From the human T2T-CHM13v2.0 reference genome, Homo sapiens, in the NCBI RefSeq assembly GCF_009914755.1, contig NC_060933.1: a DNA stretch of 64,000 nucleotides; one strand, written 5' to 3'. The notes below the pieces were generated by a model. It worked only from the letters and a program-made list of their open reading frames with translations. It had not been told where the DNA came from and searched no databases. Below are positions 13,901 through 26,643 of the stretch, one piece after another (the first letter of the stretch is position 1; each line of letters begins with the position of its first letter). Position numbers and translations under genes: made by a program.

Positions 13901-14736
13901 AAAGTAAAAAAATTCATTATCTAAGCTAAATTTATTTAAATCCTATTGTTTCAATACTGAGAATAACTAGAATTGACAAGCCTGTAAGGAACACTTAAGT
14001 TTATGCAAGTAAGATTCAGAAAAGTTTTTCTTCCAGAAATAGAACCAAAAGACTAAATACAAATTACTTAAAAGCTAAAAGTTTCATTCAATGTTGTTTG
14101 ATCACTAAATACCCTATTTGCCACTACTCGGAGAAAAACATAATCTTTCCAAATGCCTAAAAATATCATTTCTCTAAACACTAATGAAACTTTACAATCA
14201 AATGTCTGTAACCCTAAACAAATTTCATGAGGACCAAATAAAAACTAATATAGCTATATTTCGTATCCATCCATATCTGTGGCACAGAACTCAACTTGTT
14301 TACAACTAGATAGGTTGACTTAATACCCAAACTAGCACTTGCTCCCAAATTCTCTATGTTCATGAATGCAAGCAGCATCCTCCCCAGACCTAAATGACTA
14401 ACAATACCTAGAGGCCCATACAGGTCTGCGTACCTTTATATAGCAAATGCCTATGTCAGATTATGGAAAATAATTGGCACACAAATGTTTATCGGATTAA
14501 TTAATCTGGAAGGCAAGAGATTCCATCTCCTCCTCTCCCTTATCAATCACCAAGAAATACTAATTTTCCCTCCAAAATGACTACTGATTATATTCTTTCA
14601 TTTCCACTCTCAAAGTCACCAACCTCACCCTGATCTTGCCCCCACTTCAGCTCTCCCTTACTCTAATTTCACTCTCCCTGCTTCCCATATTCTGGGGATC
14701 CAGTATCATATCAACGTTAACTAAAACAGTGTATCA

Positions 14737-15040
14737 GGCCCGGCACAATGATTCACGCCTGTAATCCCAGCACTTTGGGAGGCTGAGGTGGGCTGATCAC
14801 CTGCAGTCAGGAGTTCGAGACCAGCCTGGGCAACAGGGCAAAACCCCATCTCTACCAAAAAAAACCAAACAAACAAACAAACAAAAAAATTAGCAGGATG
14901 TGCTGGCGTATGCCTGTAATCCAGCTACTTGGGAGGCTGAGGCAAGAGAGTCACTTGAACCCAGGAGGAGGAGACTGCAGTGAGCCGAGATTGCACCACT
15001 TGCACTCCCTGTCTCAAATTTTGAGACTCTGTCTCAAAAT
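14737..15040 (+). mobile_element. Alu with a rearranged 3' end
   Basis: Dimer followed by an (AACAT)n tail. Confidence 0.9.
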
Positions 15041-15130
15041 AACGTAACATAACATAACATAACATAACATAACATAACATAACATAACATAACATAACAT
15101 AACATAATATAACATAACATAACATAACAT
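15041..15130 (+). repeat. (AACAT)18 pentanucleotide microsatellite with 2 variant units
   Basis: Read directly from the sequence. Confidence 0.97.
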
Positions 15131-15161
15131 AATGTATATCATGTCATTATTCTGCTCCAAA

Positions 15162-15207
15162 AACCTAAACAGGCACCAAATACCTAAACAGGCACCAAAT
15201 ACCTAAA
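15162..15207. repeat. 19-bp tandem duplication (acctaaacaggcaccaaat, about 2.4 copies)
   Basis: Read directly from the sequence. Confidence 0.9.
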
Positions 15208-15849
15208 ATGTCATTTCACTTCTAACTTTCAAACTGTTTTCACTTACACTGCCTCATTTGAGTCTCACAAATACCCAAACTAAAGTGTAAAGGTAATTTC
15301 TTTTTTTAAACCACAAAAATTTCAAAGTGTCTTACTACTCCTAGAAAAAGGTAAGTGACTTGACACTGACAATGTAAATTTACAAAGGCTTACATGGATT
15401 GAGAATAACAAATGATAACACTGTCACTAGAGTAAAACAACAAACATCAGAGTCCTGGACGGGGGCGAGAGTTGAACAGGGAATGTCTTTTTGGCACCCT
15501 CCCTGCAGGCATAGAGAGCTAAACAATACCACCACCAACGTGGCCTTGCTCAACCAGCATAAGGAGTTACAGGACTGGAGAAAAGGACTGGAGAAACTTT
15601 CTAAAGGCATGAAGCTCCTATCAGTTTACCCAGAATATTCCAACAAGAATGAAAGAACACTAAGAAAGCTGTTTCTTTAACAGAGGTATTCTATGTTTGA
15701 GAAAATGCGAATACCGAACAAGTTACCCAAGCTCCCATTCGTGCTGCACTATCAAATAAAGACCTAAGATGACAAACTTTTACCAAGAAATGTGCAATTA
15801 TAAATCACCATTTTAGGGTGTTAATTGTTCCGTATTATAAAATACCTGG

Positions 15850-16040
15850 GCTATGTTAAGAGCGCAGAGCTATGAAATCAGATATCCTGTTCTGAGCAAG
15901 TTATTTAACGTTACTAAGCCTCAGATTCTACTCCTGTAAAACGGGTATAACAAGAATATTTTGAAATTTTAATTTGTTCTTTTCAATATATTTTAAATGC
16001 TCAGCACAACATCTAGTACACTGTAATCAATAATACGTCT
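15850..16040 (+). mobile_element. MIR fragment
   Basis: gagcaagttatttaacgttactaagcctcagattctactcctgtaaaacgggtataa resembles the MIR core. Confidence 0.6.
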
Positions 16041-17207
16041 AGCATTTCTTAAGAACAACTGTTTTGCTTGGAAATTATGTTCTATTTTTTCCCAATCAAA
16101 ATGGTAATTGTAAATGACAGTGATTTTTTGCACTTGATGTCCTTATTTGCCATAATTAAGAATTTGCCCCAAATTAACTGAACATATTATTACTATATGA
16201 AATCTCAAAATCTAAGAACGACTCATTTAGGTGACTGGGAAAGGGTTATATGTAAAGATTTGATAAATAATCTGAAGATGAAGAATGTATACCATTACAA
16301 GCAATTGTATGGCCATGATTTAAAAGCCAATAGGAAACAAGGAAATTCAAATGTATTGGACACATAAATTTAAATAATTATTTTCTGTACAAAAGGACAG
16401 TTTTCAAAAATCTTAATACAAAAATAAGCATTCAAAATACTTTGCTTGTATAAATCGTGTTGTATTTTACTAAACTATACATTAAAAACTACAAAATGCC
16501 CACTACATATCAGTCACGCTTCCAAAGAGCTTTGTGGAAGAGGGTTTTTAAAAATTCATAATATTCCCACCTCAAAACTAGAAGAATCTGTCAGGAAAAC
16601 TACTTGCGAAACATGGATTCATTTTTTAAAAATCAACTTTATGAGGGTTTACTTTAGATAGAATAAGACATCCACCCACATTTTAAATGCAGGGTTTGAT
16701 GAGTTTTGACAAATACACTCCATATAACCACCACAAAAATCAAGACATCCCAAAAAGTTCCCTAGTATCCCTTTGCAGTTAGTCCTCCCTACCAAACCCC
16801 CAACCCCCACCCCAGGCAATCTGAACCCTACAGATTACTACAGCTTTATCACCATTCTTGAAATGAGGTACCTATTTGGGGAGAATTCACATCTTAACAT
16901 TTTTTTGAGTCATCTAAACCATAAACATCATGACATTTCTGCATTTATTTAGATCTTTTTAAATTTCTCTCAGTAAAGTTCTGTAGTTTTCAGTGTAATG
17001 GTCTCACACATATTTTGACACCTTTATCCCTAAGTACTTCATAATTTTTAATGGATCAGTAACACTTTAAATTTTTTGTCATAATTAATAATTGATAATA
17101 TACAGAAATACAACTGACTTTGATATCTTGATCTTATATCCTACAGCCTTGCTAAATTCTTTAGTATTTCTACATACACAGTTTTCTTACTCTCAAATTT
17201 ATATGCC

Positions 17208-17505
17208 ATTTATTTATTTATTTATTTATAGATGGAGTCTTGCTCTGTCACCCAGGCTGGAGTGCAGTGATGCAATCGGCTCACTGCAACCCCCGCCTCC
17301 CAGGATCAAGAAATTCTCCTGCCTCAGCCTCCCTAGCTGGGATTATAGGTGCACACCACCACGCCCAGCTAATTTTTGTATTTTTAGTAGACACGTGGTT
17401 TCACCAAGTTGGCCAGGCTGGTCTCGAACTCCTGACCTCAGGTAATGCGCCCACCTTGGCCTTCCTAAGTGCTGGGATTACAGGCATGAGCCACCGTGCC
17501 TGGGT
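17208..17505 (-). mobile_element. AluS
   Basis: (TTTA)n tail then Alu reverse complement. Confidence 0.9.
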
Positions 17506-17895
17506 TGCTGTTTATTATTTTTTTTTTACAGCTTTACTGAACTAGCCAGGATTTTCTGTCTGCAAAATGTTGAATAGAATCAATAAGACTAGGCATCCTT
17601 GCCTCGTTCTTGATATTAGGGGAAAAGCATTATCTTACACTATTGAATATAATAATGCTAAGCTGTAGTTTCATACCTTTATCAGGTTGAAAATGTTCCC
17701 TTCTATTCCCAGTTGGCTAACAATTTGGTTTATCACAAAAGGAGTTGAATTCTTTCAAATGCCTTCTCCAGATCTCTTAAGGTGAGCAGATTTTACCTTG
17801 TATTCTGTCACACTGATTTTCAAATGTAAGCACTTTGTAGAAACCCTACTTGGTCATGACACATGTACCATGATTTTTTTCCTCACTCTTCATAC

Positions 17896-17944
17896 GTGTG
17901 TGTCTGTGTGTGTATGTGTGTGTGTGTGTGCATATATATATATA
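17896..17944. repeat. Imperfect (TG)n(TA)n microsatellite
   Basis: Read directly from the sequence. Confidence 0.9.
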
Positions 17945-17948
17945 GTGA

Positions 17949-18613
17949 TTTTTTTTTAGTTTAGAGATCACTAGTTTGTTATAAGAGAGATACAACAATT
18001 ATTTACATAATGAAATATTTCAGAACTTCATTATTTCAGAAATAATGAAAGAATTATTTCCATGATGAAAGATTTCAGTGGGATGGGCAGCTTCATATTG
18101 ATGCCATTTCAATGACGATTTATTTCAGTCTATATACTTTCCAAGAATGTCTAAATAAGAAAAAATCCTTGTTGCTGGGCACAGTGGCAAGTACCTGTAG
18201 TCTCAGCTACTCAGGAGACTGAGATGGGAAGATCACTTGAGGAAGAGTTTGAGACCAGCCTGGGCAGCATAGCAAGACCCCGTTCTCTAATGAAAATTAT
18301 TAATGCATAATCTCTATCATTTAGAATTACTTTAGTCCTCCACATTTTGTGAGTACAACTTTATCTCCAACTTTCATGCTAACTGGCTGAATCTCTCCAT
18401 TCTTTCCTTCAGAGCCCAATCCAACAGCTACCAACTATTGCTTACAATACTTTTCCTTGAGAATTTTCTGTAAGCATAATGCCTATGGTTTTCGTTCTAC
18501 TCTTTTCAACCAATACTCAAACAGAAGAAATTTACTAAATGCTTGTCCTGCCATGACTTCCACCGCTGCAGCTTGTACTCTGCTCTCACACTGCTACCAC
18601 AAGCAAAAACCCC
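17949..18613 (-). pseudogene. Processed pseudogene of HSPE1 (Hsp10), interrupted by a FLAM
   Basis: Minus strand reads 5'UTR...GTCATGGCAGGACAAGCATTTAG (ATG 18554-18552)...CAAGGAAAAGTATTG...GAAAGTTGGAGATAAAGTT...CTTGGAAAGTATATAGACTGA (stop 18127-18125), then an HSPE1-like 3'UTR and short poly(A). Intronless, with indels and stops. The numbered pseudogene symbol cannot be determined from sequence. Confidence 0.92.
18174..18297 (+). mobile_element. FLAM_A-like Alu monomer inside the HSPE1 pseudogene
   Basis: cctgtagtctcagctactcaggag head joined to gagtttgagaccagcctgggc; single monomer. Confidence 0.75.
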
Positions 18614-18991
18614 TGATTTTAATTTAATATCTTGCTAAACATTTTTATGTCAATATTCATGAAGGATATTAATCTGTAGTTTTCTTTTCCTGCAGCAGCA
18701 TAATACTGGCCTCATAAGAAAAAGTGGAAAGTGTTCCCACCTCCTTTATATTCTGTACAGTCTGTGTAGGATTGGTATTATTTATTCCTTATATGTCTGA
18801 TAGACTTCATCAATAAAGCCATATGGGACTGTAGTTTTCAATAACTAATTTGATTTTTTAAACAGCTATATGACTATCTGAGTTTTCTATTGCTTTTGTA
18901 TCAGTTTGGGAATTTGTGTCTTTCAAAGAATTTGTGCACTTCATCTGAAGTGTCAAATTTATTAGCTTAAAATTTCATAATATTCACTGAA

Positions 18992-19362
18992 TCTACTTAG
19001 TCAGTTAAGGCTACCACACAAAATACTACAGATTGGGTGGCTTAAACAAGAAAAATTTATGGAGGTTAAAAGCCCAAGATCAAGCATTTCTGGTGAGGGG
19101 TCTTCCTGTCTTACAAACAGCTGCCTATTTGCTGGCTGACTTTTCACAGTGTCCTCACACAGCAAGGAGAGAGGACATGCAAGCAAGCTCTCTAGTGTCT
19201 CTTAAGTACTCTAATCCAATCCCCTCATGAGGGCCCCACCCACCTTCATCATGTAATCTAAACATTATTTCCCAAAGGTCCCAGCTCTAAATACCATCAC
19301 ATAGCGAGTTAGGGCTTCAACATACCAATTCTGGGAGGATACAAACATTAAGTCAATAATAA
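18992..19362 (-). mobile_element. MLT1A-type MaLR solo LTR
   Basis: aaaatactacagattgggtggcttaaacaa...aataccatcacatagcgagttagggcttcaacat. Confidence 0.75.
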
Positions 19363-19953
19363 TACCCTTTTAATGACTGTAGAATCATACTTGATACTGG
19401 CAATTTGTGTCTTTCCTTTTTTTTGAGTCTACTTAGAGGTATTATTACTAATTTTATTTACCACATAAACAACTACTGGTTTCATTAATTTTTCTCTAGT
19501 TTTTTCTGTCACTGACTTTTGCTTTCATCTTTAATATTTCCTCTTTTCTATCTACTTGTAGGGTTTAACATGTTCTTTTTATTCTAGTTATAACTGGAAG
19601 CCTAGATGATTCACTTTAGACATTTTTTCTTTTCTAATATAAACATTTAAAACTACATATTTCCTTCTAAGAACAACTCTAGTGGAACCCCACAAATTTC
19701 ATTAAGTTACGGTTTCATTTTATTTCTGTTCAAAGTAGCTTCGAATATCCCTTGTGACAACTTCTTTGATCAATGGGTTAAGTTTATTTTTATTTTTTTT
19801 TTTACTATTTGGGAAATTTTTCCTCCAGATATTTGAAGATCTTGTTTTGATTTCTAATAGAATTCTAATGAAGTCAGATAATTTTTATGATTTTAATCAC
19901 TGTTTAAAGGACTACACTTATTTTAGGACCCGGATACAGCCTGCCTATCTTGG

Positions 19954-22568
19954 TGATATGGTTTGGCTGTGTCCCCACCCAAATCTCATCTAGAATTGTA
20001 ATCCCATAGTCCTGATGTGTCGAGGGAGGGACCTGGTGGGAGGTGACTGGATCATGGGGGTGGTTTCCCCCATGCTGTTCTTGTGATAGTGAGGGAGTTC
20101 TCGCAAGATCTGATGGTTGTATAAGTGTTTGAGAGTTTCTCATTCACACTCACTCTAACCTGCCACCATGTGAGACTTGCCTGCTTCCCCTTCTGCCATG
20201 ATTGTAAATTTCCTGAGGCCTCGCCTGCCATGTGAAACTATGAGTCAATTAAACCTCTTTTCTTTATAAATTATCCAGTCTCAGCAGCTCTTTATAGCAG
20301 TGTGAGAACAGACTAATACAGTAAATTGGTACTGGTAGAGTGGGATACTGCTATAAAGATACCTGAAAATGTGGAAGTGACTTTGGAACTGGGTAATGGG
20401 CAGAGGTTGGAACAGTTTGGAGGGCTCAGAAGACAGGAAGATGTGGGAAACTTTGGAACTTCCTAGAGACTTGTTGAATACTTTTGACCAAAATGCTGAT
20501 AGTGATATGGACAATGAAGTCCAGGCTGAGGTAGTCTCAGATAGAGATAAGGAACTCACTGGGAACTGGAACCAAGGACACTCTTGCAATGCTTTAGCAA
20601 AGAGACTGGCAGCATTTTGCCCCATGCTAGAGATCTGTGGAACTCTGAACTCAGATGATTTAGGGTATCTGGCAGAAGAAATTTCTAAATAGCAAAGTGT
20701 TCAATAGGTGATAGAGCATAAAGGTTTGGAAAATTCACAGCCTGACCATGTGGTAGAAAAGAAAAATCCATTTTCTGGGGAGAAATTCAAGCTGGCTGCA
20801 GAAATATGCATAAGTAACCAGTAGTCAAATGTTAATTGCCAAGACGATATGGAAAATGTCTCCAGGGCATGTCAGAGATCCTCACAGCATCCCCTCCCAT
20901 CACAGACCTGGAGGCCTAAGAGAAAACAACGGTTTCACGGGCTGGCCTGGGCCCTGCTGCTCTGTGCAGCCTTGGAACTTGGTGCCCTGCATCCCAGCTG
21001 CTCTAGCTCCAGGAGTGGCTAAAAGGGGCCAAGGTACAGCTCACTGGTTGCTTCAGAGGGTGCAAGCCCTAAGCCTTGATAGCTTCCATGTGGTGTTGGG
21101 TCTGCAGGTGAGCAGAAGACAAGAGTTGAATTTGGGGAACCTCCACCTACATTTCAGAGGATGTATGGAAATACCTGGATGTCCAGGCAGAATTCTGCTG
21201 CAGGGGTGGAGCCCTCATAGAGAAGCTCTACTAGGGCAGTGCAGAAGGGAAATGTGGGGTTGGAGCCCGTACATATAGTCCCTGCTGAGGCACTGCACCT
21301 AGTGGAGCTGTGAGAAGAGCGCCACTGTCCTCCAGATCTCAGAATGGTAGATCCATTGACAGCTTGCACCATGCGCCTGGAAAAGCCACAGGTACTCAAC
21401 ACCAGCTGCTGGCATTCAACACAGGGGCTGAACCCTGCAAAGCCACCGGGGCGGAGATGCCCAAAGCCTTGGAAGCTCACTCTTTGCAAAAGCATGCCCT
21501 AGATGTGAGATGTGGAGTCAAAGGAGATTATTTTGGAGCCTTAAGATTTAATGACTGGCTAGACATGGTGGCTCACACCTATAATCTCAGCACTTGGGGA
21601 AGCCGAGGCAGGCAGATCACTTGAGGCTGGGAGTTCGAGACCAGCCTGGCCAACATGACAAAACCCCAAGTCTGCTAATAGCACAAAAATCAGCCAAGCA
21701 TGGTGATGTGCACCTGTAGTCCCAACTACTCAGGAGGCTGAGGTGGGAGAATCACTTGAACCTAGGAGGCGTAGGCTGCAGTTTGCCAAGATCGTGCCAC
21801 TGCATTCCAGCCTGGGCAACAGAGCAAGAATCCGTCTCAAAAAACAAAACAGAAAACAAAAAACAAAACAACAACAACAAAAACAAGATTTAATGACTGC
21901 CCCACTGGATTTTGAACCTGCTTAGGAGCCTATGGCCCTTGCGTTTTGATCACTTTCTCCCATTTGGAATGGGAGCATTCATCCAATGCCTGTCCCCGTT
22001 GTATCTTCGAAGTAACTAACTTGCTTTTGATTTTATAGGCTCATAGGCAGAAGGGACTTGCCTTGTCTCAGATTAGACTTTGGACTTGGGACTTTTGGGT
22101 TAATGTTGGAATGAATTAAGACTTTGGGGGATTGTTGGGAGGCATGATTGGTTTTGAAATGGAAAAAGGATGTGAAATTTGGGAGGGGCCAGGGGCAGAA
22201 TAATATGGTTTCACTCTGTGTTTCCACCAAATCTCATCTGGAATTGTAATCATCATGATTCCCATGTGTTGAGGGGGAGACCTGGTGGGAGATGGATGGA
22301 TTATGGGGGTGGTTCCCCCCATGCTCTTCTTGTGATAGGAAGCAAGTTCTCACAACATGATGGTTATGTAAGCGATTGGCAGTTCCTCCTTCACACTCAC
22401 TCTCTCTCGCCTGCTGCCATGTAATAAGACTTTGCCTGCTTCCCCTTCTGCCATGATTGTAAGTTTCCTGAGGCCTCCCCAGCCACATGAACTGTGACAC
22501 AATTAAACCTCTTTTCTTTATAATTATCCAGGCAGTTCTTTACAGCAGTGTGAGAAAGGACTAATACA
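19954..22568 (+). mobile_element. THE1-family MaLR provirus: 5' LTR 19954-20320, internal 20321-22200, 3' LTR 22201-22568; subfamily probably THE1C/D
   Basis: 5' LTR runs TGATATGGTTTGGCTGTGTCCCCACCCAAATCTC...CTAATACA with a diverged second copy. Polypurine tract GGGAGGGGCCAGGGGCAGAA precedes the 3' LTR. 5-bp TSD cttgg/attgg. Confidence 0.9.
21557..21884 (+). mobile_element. Alu inserted in the THE1 internal region
   Basis: 15-bp TSD aagatttaatgactg. Confidence 0.92.
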
Positions 22569-22674
22569 ATTGGTGACTACTTTATATAAACTTGAAAATA
22601 AAGTGTATTATTCTGGTGTTGGGAAAACTGTTCTATACTGTCAATTAGATCAAGCTGGTTAAAAATTTCTATAT

Positions 22675-22992
22675 TAGGGATCTACCAACTTTTTCTTAAA
22701 GGGGCACAAAAATATTTCAGACGTTGTGGGTCACAGGATCTCTGTCAGAACTACTCAACTGTGCAGTTACGGCATGAAAGCAGCTATAAACAAATAATAT
22801 AACTGTGTTCAAATACAATTTTATGTATAGACACAGAAATTTGAATTTCATGAAAGTTTCGTGTGCCATTTAATCTTATCCTTTAGTATTTTTCACCATT
22901 TTAAATTTTAAAAACCACTCTTAGCTCATGGGAAATTTGAAAGTGGGCAATGGGATGGATTTGGCCCACAGGTAAGAACTTGCCAACCCCTG
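22675..22992. mobile_element. MER58B hAT-Charlie DNA transposon
   Basis: Ends taggga...ttgccaacccctg; 8-bp TSD ttctatat/ttctatac. Confidence 0.8.
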
Positions 22993-24478
22993 TTCTATAC
23001 CTTTACTGATTTTCTGTCTACTATACCATCAATGACTGACAGCGGAGTGCTATCTCTAAATATACTTGAAGATTTATCTATTTCTGTTTTGTTCTATTAG
23101 TTTTCACTTTACGTGTTTTGAAACTAGGTAATTAGATTAAACAGATCTATATTTAGATTATGTCTACTCAATAAATTGACCTCTTTATCATTATGAAATG
23201 TCTCTCTTTATCCCTGGTAATATTCTTTTGCCCAAAGTCAACTTTTCCTGATATTAGTACAGCTAACTACTCCAGCATTTTTATGATTAGTGTTTGCATA
23301 TATTTTCTTTCCCAACCTTTGGCTTTTTACCTGAGATTTCATATTTAAAATGGGTTTCTTATACACATCAAGTAACTCAGTCTTCCTTTTATCTAAACAA
23401 TCTTTTAATTGAATTTTTTATTGCATTCCCACTTCATATAATTATTAACGTGGTTGGGTTTAAAAGCCCACCATCTTGTCATTTTTTTTCTATTTGTCCC
23501 ATTTATTTTTTATTCCTTTTTTCCCTTGTTTCCCGGCTTCCTTTGGATTTTATTTTTTGGTATTCTATTTCATTTACATTATATGCTATCCCTTTTTACT
23601 TTTTTTTAAGTGACTCCTGTGGAGTAGACAATATACATCTTTAATTTATCACAGAGTACCTTCAAATAATATTAAAACACCTCAGTACACTGTAAGAACC
23701 TTCCAAAGTATACGTCTCTTTCCCTCAAGCTATCCTTTGTGGTACTGTTGTATATTTTGCTTTTCTCATATGTCATAACCGCCAAAAATGTATTATCTTA
23801 CTTTAAGCAGTCAATAATCCTTTAAATTAACAAAAAAAGGAGGGAAAAGTCACATATCCACATATTTATCATGCTGTATAAAACTCAAGTTTCTAACTGG
23901 TATCATTTTCCTCATGTTTAAAGTATTTCCTTTACCATTTCATGAAATGGAAGTCTGCTGCTAACAAATGCTCTCAGCTCTTGTGTGCCTGAAAGAAGAT
24001 TTTAACTTCATTTTTAAATTCCATATAGAATTCCAGTTTGATTTTTTTTTCCAGCACTCTAATGATGCTTCATTGTCTTCTGGCTTGCACTGTATCAAGT
24101 AAGAAATCTCTCTCCTCATTCTAATCTTTATTCTTTTGAAGGAAAAGTGGTCCCCCCTCATCCGTCTCCACCAATCCCCACCCCTGCCCAGCTCTGGCTA
24201 CTTTTAAGATTTACTCTGCATTCCTGGTTTTCAGCAATTTAATTATGATAAGCCTGGGTGTGGTTTCCGTTGTGTTTATCCTGCTTAAGTTTCACTGAAC
24301 TTCTTGATAAGTGGGTTTATGTTTTCCACATATATGGAAGATTTAGGATAATTTCTTGAGATGTATTTCTGCTCCCTGCCCCAACCATTTTTTTCAGCAA
24401 CTTCAGTTATACATATGTGTGTTTAGACTGCTTGATTTTGTCCAGAAGTTACTAAGGCTCTGTTCACTTCTTTTTCAG

Positions 24479-24786
24479 TTTTTTTTTTTTTTTTTTTTTT
24501 TTTGAGACAGAGTCTTGCTTTTTTGCCCAGGCTGGAGTGAAGTGGTACGATCTCGGCTCACTGCAACCTCCGCCCCCGGGGGTTCAAGCAATTCTCCTAC
24601 CTCAGCCTCCCAAGCAGCTGAGATTACCGGTGCACACCACCACGCCCGGCTAATTTTTGTATTTTTAGTAGAGAAGGGGTTTCACCATGTTGGTCAGGCT
24701 GGTCTCAAACTCCTGACCTCAGGTGATCCACCCGCCTCGGCCTCCCAAAGTGCTAGGATTACAGGGGTGAGCCACCACGCCCAGCC
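24479..24786 (-). mobile_element. AluS
   Basis: Poly(T) plus dimer. Confidence 0.9.
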
Positions 24787-26111
24787 TTCAGTTTTTTCTG
24801 TCTGTGTGCTTCAGTTTCTTTTGCTATCTTCAAATTCACTGATGTTTTCTTTTGTAGAATACAATGTGCTATGAATGCCATCATGTATTTTTTTCAGGTG
24901 TCTTATTTTTAATCTCTGTAAGTTCTATTTGATTTTTTCTCCTTCCTATGCTCATATTTTCCTTTAAATACTTGAACATACTTTTAGTAACTGTTTCAAA
25001 GTGCACAGCTGATAATTCCATCATCTCTGTAATTTTCTAGGTTTGTTTCTGTTGATTAATTTTTCACTTGTTTATGGGTCACTTTTTTTTGGTTCTTAAC
25101 ATGTCTGGCAATTGGATGCTCCACATTAGGAGCACCAGAATTTGTTATTCTGTTGTTTTGTTATATTTGTTATTTTTCTTTTAAAGTGTTAGACTTCATT
25201 TTTAGAAAAACATAAGTTACTTTCAGATTAGCTACACTGTTTTGGAGTTTGTTTTTAAGTTTCATTAGGGTAGATTTGGATTTGCCTTCATGCTGGAGCT
25301 AGTTCAGTCCATGTCTCCTCTGGTGTCAGGTGCCCTTGAGTGTGCTTCAAGTATTCAACAAGGACTCTCTGTTGTAGTTGGCTATCACTCAAATATCTCT
25401 CCCAGGCCTGTGTGAGTCCTGGAAAGTTAAGCTTATAGCTCTCTGGTTGTTCTTTGCTTGACCTCACAGGCATATGTACTGTGCATATGTGGCTTAATAA
25501 TATTCAAACAACAGATTCAAAGGTATTATTTCTGAAGCACTTTTTCTACACAGGCCCTTCTCTTTCATACTCTGCTCCCATACCTCCCAGGTAACTCAAC
25601 CTTCCCAAACTTCAATCTGTTTCTTCAACTCAGCAATTGTGCCATGTCTGCTTGGTTCCCCCAACCCCCACAGTCTAGAAAGAAAACTAGGGTGACAATA
25701 GCATTACCTCAATTGTTTCCCTTCTGAGAGCACAATCCTGTTGTACTTGTTCTCCACTGTCTAAAAACAACTACCAGTAAGTCCAGTCCCAGTTACTCTA
25801 TCATGGTTGAAAGCAGAAATCTACAGATCTTTCACAAATTAGAAAAATTAAATCACAAAATGTATATGGATTAGCATTAAGACTGCAGGTGAGTTTTCTT
25901 TAAACTTACTAATTCTTAGAGCAGCTTTAAGCTATTGCTTAATAATTTGATGGATTTAAGAGTTATTTATCAAGTATGGAGCTTAGTGTTTACAATTCTT
26001 CATATGGTTTTATTTAAAGCAATCTGCATTTCTTGCTATGAAAAGCCAAGTACGCAAATTAACTGATCAGAGAAACTAGTGTTTATTATTAAATCATAGC
26101 CTTCAATACCA

Positions 26112-26505
26112 GTGGCAGAGAATGCAAATTTGTTTTCCAACGTTTGTTTTCTACGTAAACCCACCTATTTTTAGCTAAGCACGTGCCTATCAGAAAAAAG
26201 GACTACATTCTTAGCTTCCTAAGTAGCTAGGTGTGGCTGTGAGACTAAGTAAACAGGATGTAAACAAAAATGATACGCGCTGCTTTTCCCTTAAGTGTCT
26301 TTATAAGGAGGGGGTATGTTCTTTTCTTTTCTCTTTTTCTCTTCTTTTTGTACGAGCTCCAATAACCTCCAGGATCATTTGCTAAATCTGAAAATAGACA
26401 CCATATACCTTGGAGCACTGACTACTTCAGAATTTGTTGAACGTGATGAAAATAAATTTCTGTCTTCTACATTGCTTATATCATCTTTGCAGCCAAATTT
26501 AATAC
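26112..26505 (+). mobile_element. Old MLT1 (MLT1J-like) LTR
   Basis: gactacattcttagcttcctaagtagctaggtgtggctgtgagactaag motif. Confidence 0.55.
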
Positions 26506-26643
26506 TGAGTTCTTTAAAAAGAGGCCATTTAAGTTTTATTTGATAAAAGGAATTTCAAGAAGACAAAAAAAAAACCTAGCTATTTGCAAACCAAACAAGC
26601 ACATTAACAGTTTATAAGTATTTTGGTCAACAAAAGTACCAGG

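Larger units (their letters stand above)
16620..25800 (-). mobile_element. Large degraded L1M LINE, sense to PTBP3, hosting many nested insertions
   Basis: Reverse complement of an L1 3' end at about 16620-16830, then ORF2-like and 5'-region-like T-rich sequence between the inserts. May be more than one element; boundaries approximate. Confidence 0.7.

Noticed and set aside
15041-15207. Short direct repeats as a CRISPR-like array
   Set aside because: A microsatellite and a tandem duplication with no unique spacers, in a eukaryotic intron.
15399-15680. 93-aa plus-strand ORF in apparently non-repeat sequence
   Set aside because: No ATG at the start (TTG), no recognisable homology, antisense to PTBP3, and a length expected by chance.
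20040-20056. DUX4 site often found in THE1 LTRs
   Set aside because: The position reads TGACTGGATCA in the 5' LTR and TGGATGGATTA in the 3' LTR, not TAAYYBAATCA.
20281-22500. Overlapping ORFs in THE1
   Set aside because: Broken remnants of MaLR internal and LTR sequence with stops and an Alu insertion; no intact protein.
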